Shown here: in pieces, positions 30,350 through 38,681 of the stretch | How the letters are laid out: the number at the start of each line of letters is the position of its first letter | Numbering within the stretch: the stretch's first letter is position 1 | Virus record (IMG/VR): IMGVR_UViG_3300017963_000011 | Location: 32,001 to 96,000 of that record | From: a virus | Length of the DNA: 64,000 nucleotides | Reading direction: 5' to 3' (one strand) | The notes under the pieces: model-generated | Databases searched by the model: none | Told to the model about the DNA's origin: nothing | Seen by the model: only the letters and a program-made list of their open reading frames with translations | Made by a program: the position numbers and the translations under genes

Positions 30350-31506
30350 CCCTCATCATTCTCGGCGCCGCGAATGGTAGCGCTACCACCAAGCGATAGC
30401 TTCTTGGCGCATGCTTCCGGGAGCGGTTCAAGAGTAAATGGACAGATCTCGTGTTCTTGTAGGAAGAGATAGAGATCGTATTGAGCTTCTTCAAGCTCGT
30501 CACGTTTTTCATGAAGATTGTGGTCGACATCTAGCAAGTATTGCTCGACAACTTCTATACGCTTTGCCTGATCCACCACTTGTAAGTACGCACTGTAGAG
30601 TGCCTCGATATCTTCGACACCTTCCCCGGCGGCGAGTAATTCAGAAGGTTCGAGGTCTGGGATCTCAGGAATGCGATTAGTGATTTCTATGATCGAACCA
30701 AGGGAACTGATCTCCTCGACTATAGCAGTAGAATCAATAACCTCAAGGCTTGCGCGCAAGTCTGCAAGTTCTTCCTTGACGGCCGCGCTTTCAGCATTGA
30801 TCTGTTTGAGCTTCTTACTCTTGAGGATCACCTTAGACAAACGTTGGTGCTCGGCTAAGAGTTCATCACAACATAGATCATCATCCGGGATTGTGGCTTG
30901 GATGTTCTCGATCTCTACCTTTTTATTCTCTAACTCTTCCTGAGCCGATGTGATGTCTTGTTTGATGTTGCGGATCTGTGCGTTGGTTTCTTTGAGCGCA
31001 CTATCCACAGCGTTACGGCCAGACATAGAACCAAGAAGTTTCGATATCTTCGATGGCTTGAGAGCCAGTGGCAAGATGCGATCGAACTGGCCTATGAAGT
31101 TGAGCGAGACCTTCTCGTTGACGTCTTCGATGTCAAGGTTGGCGATGCGTGTGCGCTTAATCAAACCCTCTGGGATCTGCTTCTTGTACTTGCGCCAGGG
31201 CTCTTTCTCACCGGAGACTTTGATGTAGTCGTCGAGGACTCTTCCGGTTGCTGAAATATCAGTGTGCCGCTTCAGCTTGTAGTCGGTGTGATCGACAAGA
31301 ACTGCCATGTCAGTTTCGCCGCACCGTATCCACGCCTTGCCCAGAAGATAGGCGTAACGGGTTCCTCGTATGAACGAGGACTTACCAGAGTCAGTCGATC
31401 CGTGAATTGCGACTAGCCTTATAGGTTCTCCGTCGCTACCAGTCAAGGTCAATGTCGTCGTCTTGTGACTCTGAAAGTTCCGAAACTTCGTCTTCCTGAT
31501 CGGCAT
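30346..31506 (-). CDS. SbcC/Rad50-like ATPase, N-terminal half
   Basis: FRNFQSH, Walker A GSTDSGKS, coiled coil, hook-like CPF near the C-terminus. Confidence 0.8.
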   Translation of the reverse strand: MPIRKTKFRNFQSHKTTTLTLTGSDGEPIRLVAIHGSTDSGKSSFIRGTRYAYLLGKAWIRCGETDMAVLVDHTDYKLKRHTDISATGRVLDDYIKVSGEKEPWRKYKKQIPEGLIKRTRIANLDIEDVNEKVSLNFIGQFDRILPLALKPSKISKLLGSMSGRNAVDSALKETNAQIRNIKQDITSAQEELENKKVEIENIQATIPDDDLCCDELLAEHQRLSKVILKSKKLKQINAESAAVKEELADLRASLEVIDSTAIVEEISSLGSIIEITNRIPEIPDLEPSELLAAGEGVEDIEALYSAYLQVVDQAKRIEVVEQYLLDVDHNLHEKRDELEEAQYDLYLFLQEHEICPFTLEPLPEACAKKLSLGGSATIRGAENDEG

Positions 31507-32605
31507 CTTCGTCTTCTTCCTTCTTGAGCGTTTCGACCTGATCTCTGAGCTTGTTGAAGGTCGTTGGGTAGTTCGCACACCACTCGCGCACTGCACGCAT
31601 TCCCTGGCCGATGGTCTTCTCCTTGTAGCTGAACCACCCGTTGCTGGCCTTCTCGATCAGATCGAATGAGATAGCATCCTCGATGATGAGTGTGTACGGG
31701 CAAAAGCCCTCACCGTAGTAGAAGGGGATCTCTACCTCTTTGCCGAGACAGGGGCCGACCTGATCCTTCTTGATGACAACCCGGATCACATGGCCGACAG
31801 TCTCACCCTTCTCCTTGAGGTTGCGCAACTTGTTCATGAAGATCCGCATGGCCGCGAAGTGGCGAAATGCCTTGGCGCCGGGCGAGTCCCAATAGACGTA
31901 GTTCGAGCCCTTCTGCTGAACGAGGCGAGCCTGATTGAGCCATACTACGCAGCAACGGCTTTTGCCAACAGGACCAGAGATCTTGCGGCAATGCTGGGAC
32001 ATGATCCTCGCCTGGAGAGCATAGTGTTGCTTGCCCACAGCGTTTTCCTCTTCCTCTTTGGGAAGGATCGCTGCGGCTGAGTCACCGACGATCAGATCGA
32101 AGGCATGGGACTTGACCAACTGTTCCATCTTGTTCGTGCCTTCTTCTGCCGTGTCGGGCTGGTAGAAGCGGAAGCCGTTGTCTTCGAGCACCTTCTTCTT
32201 TTTGCCTTTGATCTTGATGTACTCGGGATGGACGAGGCCGTATGTGTTCTCGGCATAGAAGGCGTCATGCTTTGTCTCGAAATCAACAAAGGCTCCCCGG
32301 CCGGGAGCCTTTGGATTGGCAGCGTCAAGCGTTGGAAGATCGTTCTCCTTTGCGATCAGGAACTTCTCCTGGATGACCGACAGGGCTTTGTATGCCTTAG
32401 AAGTCTTGCCCACATTCTCTGGAGCAAAGATCTCGACGATGCGGCCACGGGGGAGGCCACCACCACTGGCTCGATCGAATTCTGGAATGCCCGTAGGAAT
32501 GCGCTCGATCTTCTTGATGCCGTCGCTGAACGTTGTCGCCTTGCATAGCTGCTCATCGAGCCGGTTGAGTTCAGCTTGCATGTCGAAGGCTTTCTTCTTT
32601 GCCAT
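31436..32605 (-). CDS. recA: RecA recombinase
   Basis: IPTG..FD..GGGLPRGRIVEIFAPENVGKT, DSAAA, LQARIMSQ, WLNQ. Confidence 0.95.
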   Translation of the reverse strand: MAKKKAFDMQAELNRLDEQLCKATTFSDGIKKIERIPTGIPEFDRASGGGLPRGRIVEIFAPENVGKTSKAYKALSVIQEKFLIAKENDLPTLDAANPKAPGRGAFVDFETKHDAFYAENTYGLVHPEYIKIKGKKKKVLEDNGFRFYQPDTAEEGTNKMEQLVKSHAFDLIVGDSAAAILPKEEEENAVGKQHYALQARIMSQHCRKISGPVGKSRCCVVWLNQARLVQQKGSNYVYWDSPGAKAFRHFAAMRIFMNKLRNLKEKGETVGHVIRVVIKKDQVGPCLGKEVEIPFYYGEGFCPYTLIIEDAISFDLIEKASNGWFSYKEKTIGQGMRAVREWCANYPTTFNKLRDQVETLKKEEDEDADQEDEVSELSESQDDDIDLDW

Positions 32606-32687
32606 ATCAACTCCGAATTAGGGCAGAGCCGCCCACACAAATCCTTCCAGGTACGGAAAGGAGCGCGAACGGCTCTGCCACAGCGTG

Positions 32688-34115
32688 CTAGAACGGAATG
32701 TCTTTCTTCTTGACTCTGCCCTTCTTGGCGGCCGGCTTCTTCTTGGCCGGGGCCTTCTTCTTCGGAGCGGCCTTCTTGGCAGGCGCCTTCTTTTTCGCAG
32801 GCGCCTTCTTCTTGGCCGGGGTCTTCTTCTTCCTGGACTTTTTGGCCGCTGCGATTGCCGCAGCCTCGGCCTCCTCGTCCTCTTCTTCCTCGTCGTCGGA
32901 CTCGTCCTCGTCTTCTTCTACTTCTTCTTCGGAGTCGTCCTCCTCCCCGTCTTCATCTTCCTCTTCGTCTTCTTCCTCGCTGTCCTCGTCGTCCTCGTCT
33001 TCTTCCTCATCTCCTTCTTCTTCGTCATCGTCTCCGTCGTCTTCATCCTCCTCGTCGTCCTCTTCTCCGTCCTCTTCCTCTTCTTCCTCTTCGTCGCTCT
33101 CGTCGTCGTCGTCTTCCTCGGAGTCCTCGCTTTCTTCGTCTTCGTCATCGTCATCTTCTTCCTCGTTGTCGGCCTCATCGTCTTCACCTTCTTCCTCGGG
33201 CTCGTCGAAGTCGTCCTCGACGTCCTCATCTTCATCGCTGGAGGAGCCGACGAAGAGGGGGTTGATGGGACCGATGGCCTTGTCGAGCTTCTTGAAGCTC
33301 ATCTTGGCCGTGAGGGCTTCGAGATCGGGGAAGGTGCCGTCGTCGATGGCTTCCTTGATCGCGTTGTACTCGTCGGTGCCCTTCTTGATGGGAACGAATT
33401 CCTCGAAGTCGAACTTGTACTCCGTGTCGATTCCCTTGCCCGACTTGGAGCAGAAGATCTTGTAGCCACCCTTGAGGTCGCCGGGGAGGTCGCGCTTCGG
33501 TGGGCAGTTGTCGAGCCAGTGAGCTTCCTGGTCGACGCTCTTGAGCTTCTTGATCTCGGGATGCTTCTTCTTCCACTGATTGAGCGTGTACTTCTTCTCC
33601 GTGATCAGGGGGAGGAGTTTCTCGCGGAAGTAGTAAGCCTGGAGCCTGTAGGGTTCGATGCCCACGACGTCGCCATCGTCGTTGTACGTGATCGAGACCC
33701 AATAGACCCACTCCTTGGCCTTGGTCCCGTTGTACATGCGGGCGATCTCCTTGGCGTGCTTCCTCTTGCCTCTCTCGTCGAGCTTGTCGGCGAATGCCGA
33801 AACGGGGTCGAGCTTCTTGCAGACGGGGCATGTGTCGGTGCCCGAGCCGATGCAGACAGCCTCGTAGAGATCGGACTTGGGGAACATGGACTGCGCCGAG
33901 TTCTTGCCCTTCAAGAACCTGTGAAGCCAGATGAAGATGAACGTCGAGATCGTCTTCTTCCTTGACTTGACAGGACGCAACATCGAGTGCGTGGTTTTGC
34001 CGCTCTGGCCCCAATCGTGGAACTTTGCCGTGTTCCTTTCTCGGGCCTTCTCCTCCATGATGATGCCTACTAGCGCGGCTTCTTCGGCATTCATCTTCCG
34101 TTCTTTGGTCGCCAC
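32688..34115 (-). CDS. Probable single-stranded DNA-binding protein (gp32-like) with long acidic tract and basic tail
   Basis: DTCPVC, KSGKGIDTEY; roughly 120-aa D/E tract, PAKKK repeats, terminal DIPF; lies between the polymerase and recA. Confidence 0.65.
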   Translation of the reverse strand: MATKERKMNAEEAALVGIIMEEKARERNTAKFHDWGQSGKTTHSMLRPVKSRKKTISTFIFIWLHRFLKGKNSAQSMFPKSDLYEAVCIGSGTDTCPVCKKLDPVSAFADKLDERGKRKHAKEIARMYNGTKAKEWVYWVSITYNDDGDVVGIEPYRLQAYYFREKLLPLITEKKYTLNQWKKKHPEIKKLKSVDQEAHWLDNCPPKRDLPGDLKGGYKIFCSKSGKGIDTEYKFDFEEFVPIKKGTDEYNAIKEAIDDGTFPDLEALTAKMSFKKLDKAIGPINPLFVGSSSDEDEDVEDDFDEPEEEGEDDEADNEEEDDDDEDEESEDSEEDDDDESDEEEEEEEDGEEDDEEDEDDGDDDEEEGDEEEDEDDEDSEEEDEEEDEDGEEDDSEEEVEEDEDESDDEEEEDEEAEAAAIAAAKKSRKKKTPAKKKAPAKKKAPAKKAAPKKKAPAKKKPAAKKGRVKKKDIPF

Positions 34116-34126
34116 TAGGACTCCTT

Positions 34127-34636
34127 TCAGTCTGGGCTTCCACGGTTGATAGTTTTCTTCATCGACATGATCATCATTGACTTGGTTGCAAATGGTTCAA
34201 CAAGGGCTTTCACAGCGGAGTCGAATACGTACTGAAATCTCAGGATCGCCTCCCTCCTAAGTCGATAGCCCTTCGTCACCATGATCTCGTCGTCAACTTC
34301 TCGTTCTTTGACTTCTCCTGGCCTCGGCCCTCTCAATCTTGTCGCAGTGCCGTAATAGACACTCAGTTGATGCTTCCTTTCTTCGTGTATCTTCACCCGG
34401 ACGGCGCGCCTTCTTCGAGCCATCCAGATCTTGAACTCTTCTTGCGCTGATTCGAGCTTCCCTTTCACCTCGGCCCAGAAGAGGCCGATATCTGCCATCG
34501 TGTCGGCTGCCTTCTCTCCGTCCTTTATCAGTCCAACGGCATCGCGAGAGATTGGGAGTTGTTTGCGTAACTTCCCGATCTCTTTAGTCTTCTCCTGAGC
34601 CCACTTCTTCGAGCCCTTCCAAGAGTCCTTTATCAC
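34127..34636 (-). CDS. Helical protein, possibly UvsY-like recombination mediator
   Basis: Position and helical pattern only. Confidence 0.35.
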   Translation of the reverse strand: MIKDSWKGSKKWAQEKTKEIGKLRKQLPISRDAVGLIKDGEKAADTMADIGLFWAEVKGKLESAQEEFKIWMARRRRAVRVKIHEERKHQLSVYYGTATRLRGPRPGEVKEREVDDEIMVTKGYRLRREAILRFQYVFDSAVKALVEPFATKSMMIMSMKKTINRGSPD

Positions 34637-37313
34637 GAGCCCACTCCGTCACTGCTTTCTTGTCTGAGACGTGCATAGACTTCATTCCCCACATGAGAGT
34701 ATATGCACGATCACGTCGTTTTGGATCACTCAGTCCTTTCTTAAATCTCTCTATTCTCTTCTGTCTTTTAGCCTCGTCGTCAGGGTTGCACGACTCCCAT
34801 GGGATGTCGGGTTGTACAGCGTCGAGTACCCTCTTCAACTTGGAAAAGATGAGTTTCGACCAGTAGTGATTGCGGTCGAGTTTGAGATCCCTTTGGAGGA
34901 AACGCTCGATCTGCTCACCTTGTTGTAGCTTCTCGTCAGACTCGATGATGACGTATCGCAACACATCGCCGATGAAGAACTGATCTTTGTCGGTCCACAT
35001 CTTGCGAACAATCCTGGCGTGGACAGGTTCATTAGCGTAGTCATCCGGCGCCTTCAAGACCCTCGTATGGATCACGAACTGCTCGATGATGTCTGTATCG
35101 TCAATCGCCATCTCGAAGAACTTGTCGGCTTCTTTGAGAACCCACCTACGCAACTTCTCTGGGTCGTTGAATGAACGCTTCAGGATCAACTTGCGCACCA
35201 GCTTTTTCTGGAGCTTGGCGGCATAGGGGATCGTGTTACGCTTTACGTAGTCGATGCCCATCGCCTCCCACTCTTTGGAGTGGCGGTTCCAGCCAATGTA
35301 GTTCTTCTTGCCGATCAGGAGAAACCGATGATACATCAACTTCGGTTCGATGCCGTACTTATGCTCGTCAATGTTGAAGTAGTATTTGAGGTTCTCATCC
35401 ATGAACGATCTGAACCAGCGATTGAATGCACGATCGAACTTGCGCAGAGCCTTGCGAGTTCCAAGACGTAGCAAGAAGAAGATCGAGTCCGTGTCACCGT
35501 AGATAGCCGGCGTGCCGAACTTCTCCATGGCGCCTGTGCGGATCATGTTGATGATGACCTGGCACCCTAGTGTGATCGTGCAAGCGATGGCGTGAGAGTA
35601 GCAGCGATTCTTGTGACTCGACATGTAGCCGAACACCACGTTACCCATCAACTTGTAGGCGAGGTTGTACTGCTTGGCGATTTTATACTCGCGGCTCTCC
35701 CTGTACAAGAGATCGGTGTCTTCGGCGTGTTCGATGTCAATGCGCTTCATCTCATCTTTATAGACGCTGCGCTCTTGAACGAAGGTCTCTAACATCTCAT
35801 GGACGAGCGATGTTGGCTCCTTGAGAAAGAAGACTTGCTTCTTGTAGACAAACACCAGATCGCCGCCGCAATGCTCCGTCTTGACGAATGGCTTCAGGAT
35901 GTTTAGAGACTTGAGCGTGATGTGTTTCTGGATCTCGACAGTGAGCCACGAGTGTAGCGCTACCACGGCTTCTTCATCAATATCCTTGATCCGTATGCGC
36001 CACCAGTCTTTAGAATGCTTGACTCTGTAGCCAGTCTTCTCACACCACTCTTCGATCAACTTGTACATCAACTTGATGACGATGTAGATAGGAGAGACGA
36101 TCATCTCTGAGGTGTCATGTTTGTGAAGATCTTGCTCGTCGATGATCCTGAGAGTTTCAGGCGAGATGTTGAAGGCCCGCATGGTTGTCGAGTAATACTG
36201 GTTCAAGTCCCACACGTATGCGTTGTCATAGATGCCAGTGTCTTCTCGGATGACTCGGCCCCCCGGCATCTGGATCTTCAGACGCTCGTGCTTGGTTGGC
36301 AGCGCCACCTTCCTCCCGTGAGCCAGCCGCAGAAGATACATGTCAGTGAGACGAGTATTCCAGAAGCGGTTGATGAAGTTGCCACAGAGCTTGCACTGGA
36401 GCACCATCGTGTCGATGGCTTCGAGATGCTCGTCGAGCTTCTTGAGGAGCACAACGTCCTTGATGTTGTATTGCTTGTGGACTTCTGGATATTTCTTCCA
36501 CGTCTCGTAGAACCCTGCCGGCATCACCATCTTTCTTTCGTTGAGGAAGTGTTCAGACAGGGCGTCCAGGGAGAAACGGCTCGGGCCTTCCTTGTCAAAC
36601 TTGAACAGGTCTACAATCCGCTCGTGGAGATCGATGTGGATCATGTCGCTAAGATCGAATTCGATGCCGTGGTAGCGGCACCTTGCCTTGATGTACGGAA
36701 GGTCAAACTCTCGACTGTAGAAGCCGACGATCATCGTGTAGCGACGTAGCGTCTGGACCATTTTGCGCAGGAGCCGTCCCTCGTTACCGGAGGTGAGGTA
36801 ACGAACTTCCCCGTAGTTGTCGACCACAGCCATCGAAAGGATACGTGTGGCACCGATCTCGATCTCCTTGTTGCGGTCGTCGGTCTCGATGTCGAAGTAG
36901 CCCTTGTAGTAATCGTCCTCGATCTCTGGGCGTAGGTCGATGAGTAGTCGGTCCAGGGATGTCAGGTCTGACTCGAAATCCTCGATGCCAAGCGCTGCTA
37001 GTCGATCGAGGAGTTCGAGCTTCTGATCTGTTTCGCCATCCTCGATCTTGAATTCCGGGAGGTTTTTGTTCTTGACGTAGATCCGCACGAAGTCATCACC
37101 ATAGGGGGCGTAACCCTGGATTTCTTTGTCTCTCTTCATGCACTTGAACATGTCCTTGTGTTGAAGAAAGTCTGTCTTCTTGATCAAGAAGTAGTAGCGA
37201 TGGCGACTTTGCGGGACGTCGATGAACTTGCGAACATGGCCGACCTGATAAAAAAGACGCACGGTACTGCCTAAGCAGATACCGTGCGTAAATTTTCTAT
37301 TCGGAAGTTCCAT
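34584..37313 (-). CDS. Family B DNA polymerase
   Basis: Exonuclease motifs FDIETD, FDLPYI, YNIKD; polymerase motifs WDLNQYYST, KLMGNVVFG, YGDTDS, KKNY. Confidence 0.92.
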   Translation of the reverse strand: MELPNRKFTHGICLGSTVRLFYQVGHVRKFIDVPQSRHRYYFLIKKTDFLQHKDMFKCMKRDKEIQGYAPYGDDFVRIYVKNKNLPEFKIEDGETDQKLELLDRLAALGIEDFESDLTSLDRLLIDLRPEIEDDYYKGYFDIETDDRNKEIEIGATRILSMAVVDNYGEVRYLTSGNEGRLLRKMVQTLRRYTMIVGFYSREFDLPYIKARCRYHGIEFDLSDMIHIDLHERIVDLFKFDKEGPSRFSLDALSEHFLNERKMVMPAGFYETWKKYPEVHKQYNIKDVVLLKKLDEHLEAIDTMVLQCKLCGNFINRFWNTRLTDMYLLRLAHGRKVALPTKHERLKIQMPGGRVIREDTGIYDNAYVWDLNQYYSTTMRAFNISPETLRIIDEQDLHKHDTSEMIVSPIYIVIKLMYKLIEEWCEKTGYRVKHSKDWWRIRIKDIDEEAVVALHSWLTVEIQKHITLKSLNILKPFVKTEHCGGDLVFVYKKQVFFLKEPTSLVHEMLETFVQERSVYKDEMKRIDIEHAEDTDLLYRESREYKIAKQYNLAYKLMGNVVFGYMSSHKNRCYSHAIACTITLGCQVIINMIRTGAMEKFGTPAIYGDTDSIFFLLRLGTRKALRKFDRAFNRWFRSFMDENLKYYFNIDEHKYGIEPKLMYHRFLLIGKKNYIGWNRHSKEWEAMGIDYVKRNTIPYAAKLQKKLVRKLILKRSFNDPEKLRRWVLKEADKFFEMAIDDTDIIEQFVIHTRVLKAPDDYANEPVHARIVRKMWTDKDQFFIGDVLRYVIIESDEKLQQGEQIERFLQRDLKLDRNHYWSKLIFSKLKRVLDAVQPDIPWESCNPDDEAKRQKRIERFKKGLSDPKRRDRAYTLMWGMKSMHVSDKKAVTEWARDKGLLEGLEEVGSGED

Positions 37314-37578
37314 TGGGCATCTTCTTCCCAAACATCTCGATGAGCTTCTGTGCGATCACAAGCCGCTGACTGTCGCAGAACTGGAATGCCTCCGGGTCGT
37401 TCTGCCAGAGATGGGCTGCCGCTGCGCCGCCAGCGATGTCCAGCCTTTCTCCGAGCTTCTCAAGAGCACCACATGCGCCACTGTACTCGTCGGTCACGCG
37501 CAAGTCGAGTTCTGGGATGCGGGCTTCTCCGTAACCGCTGTCTTCGCCTTCCACGATGATGTGGAATGTCTTCATCAT
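37297..37578 (-). CDS. HicB-like protein
   Basis: KTFHIIVEGEDSGYGEARIPEL resembles the HicB N-terminal fold. Confidence 0.45.
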   Translation of the reverse strand: MMKTFHIIVEGEDSGYGEARIPELDLRVTDEYSGACGALEKLGERLDIAGGAAAAHLWQNDPEAFQFCDSQRLVIAQKLIEMFGKKMPNGTSE

Positions 37579-37579
37579 G

Positions 37580-37843
37580 TCAAGCCTCACTCTCTGTTAA
37601 TTCTGCGAAACCATCGCCATGCCTGCTCTTGATAACCTTGATCGTGAGAGCCCTAGCGCCATCTGGCAACAAAGCCATTACGCTTGAGCAGTGATCGGCT
37701 ACTCTGGTGCTCTCTGTGAGTGCTGACAATGGAGGGCGGCGTGAGTTGAGAGGCGCAACATAGATGGCCAAGCCGTTCTTGCCATACTTCAATGCATGTA
37801 GCAGTTCTTGAAAGATCCGTTCCCTAATCAGTTCGTATGCCAT
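37580..37843 (-). CDS. Hypothetical protein
   Basis: SD GGAG before MAYELIRE. Confidence 0.45.
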   Translation of the reverse strand: MAYELIRERIFQELLHALKYGKNGLAIYVAPLNSRRPPLSALTESTRVADHCSSVMALLPDGARALTIKVIKSRHGDGFAELTESEA

Positions 37844-37859
37844 TGTCTTCTCCGTCCTG

Positions 37860-38033
37860 TTATAGAACCCCAATGTAGTCCACAAACTGGATGTCGTTAT
37901 CTTCTGGAAACCACCCGAGATAAATGAGCCTGTCTTTTGGAATTTGCTTGGCGTAGAAAAAATAGTTATCGTTTTCTTCTAATATACTCAGCTTATTTAC
38001 TGTTTCTTGTATCTCTTCCCAGGATGGTTTCAT
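37860..38033 (-). CDS. AT-rich 57-aa hypothetical protein (not in ORF track)
   Basis: MKPSWEEIQETVNKLSILEENDNYFFYAKQIPKDRLIYLGWFPEDNDIQFVDYIGVL; SD AAAGGA right after palindrome A. Confidence 0.55.
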   Translation of the reverse strand: MKPSWEEIQETVNKLSILEENDNYFFYAKQIPKDRLIYLGWFPEDNDIQFVDYIGVL

Positions 38034-38063
38034 GATCCGTCCTTTCTAGTCTCGGCGCCGAGA

Positions 38064-38200
38064 CTGATTGCGGTAGCGGGAGATGGAATTCTACCACCCG
38101 ATCATCCTTTGGTTCACGGGAACGCTAGGCATATAGGCTCCATCCTTCCCTAGCCAGCCGCAGGGGGCCTATTCCTGCGAGCCCCGCTACCGTCAATCAG
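38064..38200 (-). ncRNA. Unknown multi-hairpin structured RNA
   Basis: 17-bp closing stem around four hairpins; loop-loop complementarity ATAGGC/GCCTAT. Confidence 0.55.
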
Positions 38201-38209
38201 AATTCTCAT

Positions 38210-38284
38210 TGGGGCTGGTGACAGGAATCGAACCCGCAACCACCTCATTACAAGTGAGGCGCTCTACCATTGAGCCACACCAGC
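38210..38284 (-). tRNA. trnT: tRNA-Thr(UGU)
   Basis: Canonical cloverleaf GCTGGTG/CACCAGC, anticodon loop CTTGTAA, TTCGATT T-loop, encoded CCA. Confidence 0.95.
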
Positions 38285-38373
38285 CCGTCAATAGGCCGAG
38301 GGGCGACTATCCGCTTAGGCGCAGACCGGGACCGCCCTAAGTTTCAGAGGTCGCCTTTCTCCTCGATGATCTT

Positions 38374-38479
38374 TGGTGGAGGGGGCAGGATTCGAACCTG
38401 CAACTGAGACACGGGCGTATGGCGCCTTAAACCCGCGCTCACCGCTTAACGGCGCGTCTGCCACTTCCGCCACCCCTCC
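38374..38479 (-). ncRNA. Non-canonical tRNA-like RNA (Tyr/Leu-type shell, aberrant anticodon and variable region)
   Basis: GGAGGGG/CCCCTCC-ACCA, normal D and T arms; middle is a mini-hairpin with TTAAG loop plus a roughly 37-nt hairpin. Confidence 0.7.
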
Positions 38480-38491
38480 TTGTTCTATACG

Positions 38492-38583
38492 TGCCGGTGC
38501 GCGGGAGTCGAACCCACCACTCCGAGTCTAGTGCCCCGGCGATCATGAGGAGTCGAACCTCACCGTTTCCGAAGGACACCGGC
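38492..38583 (-). ncRNA. tRNA-like RNA with two T-arms
   Basis: GCCGGTG/CACCGGC stem enclosing two GGTTCGACTCC hairpins. Confidence 0.6.
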
Positions 38584-38590
38584 AACTTAG

Positions 38591-38681
38591 CGGGAGAGTG
38601 AGGGATTTCAACCCTCGGGTGACATGCGCCGGCCCCGGAGGTTCAAACCGGGGACCACTCCGTCACGGAGCCCGCTCTCCC
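38591..38681 (-). ncRNA. Non-canonical tRNA-Ser(UGA)-like RNA
   Basis: GGGAGAG/CTCTCCC with discriminator G, 6-bp D-like stem, 9-nt loop TTTGAACCT, T-like arm GAGGG-TTGAAAT-CCCTC. Confidence 0.55.

Noticed and set aside
32685-33965. Long + strand ORFs (poly-Ser, poly-Phe/Leu)
   Set aside because: Antisense shadows of the low-complexity acidic tract of the - strand gene.
38591-38681. tRNA-Sec
   Set aside because: The loop reads TGA (Ser), not TCA, and no sel genes are seen.
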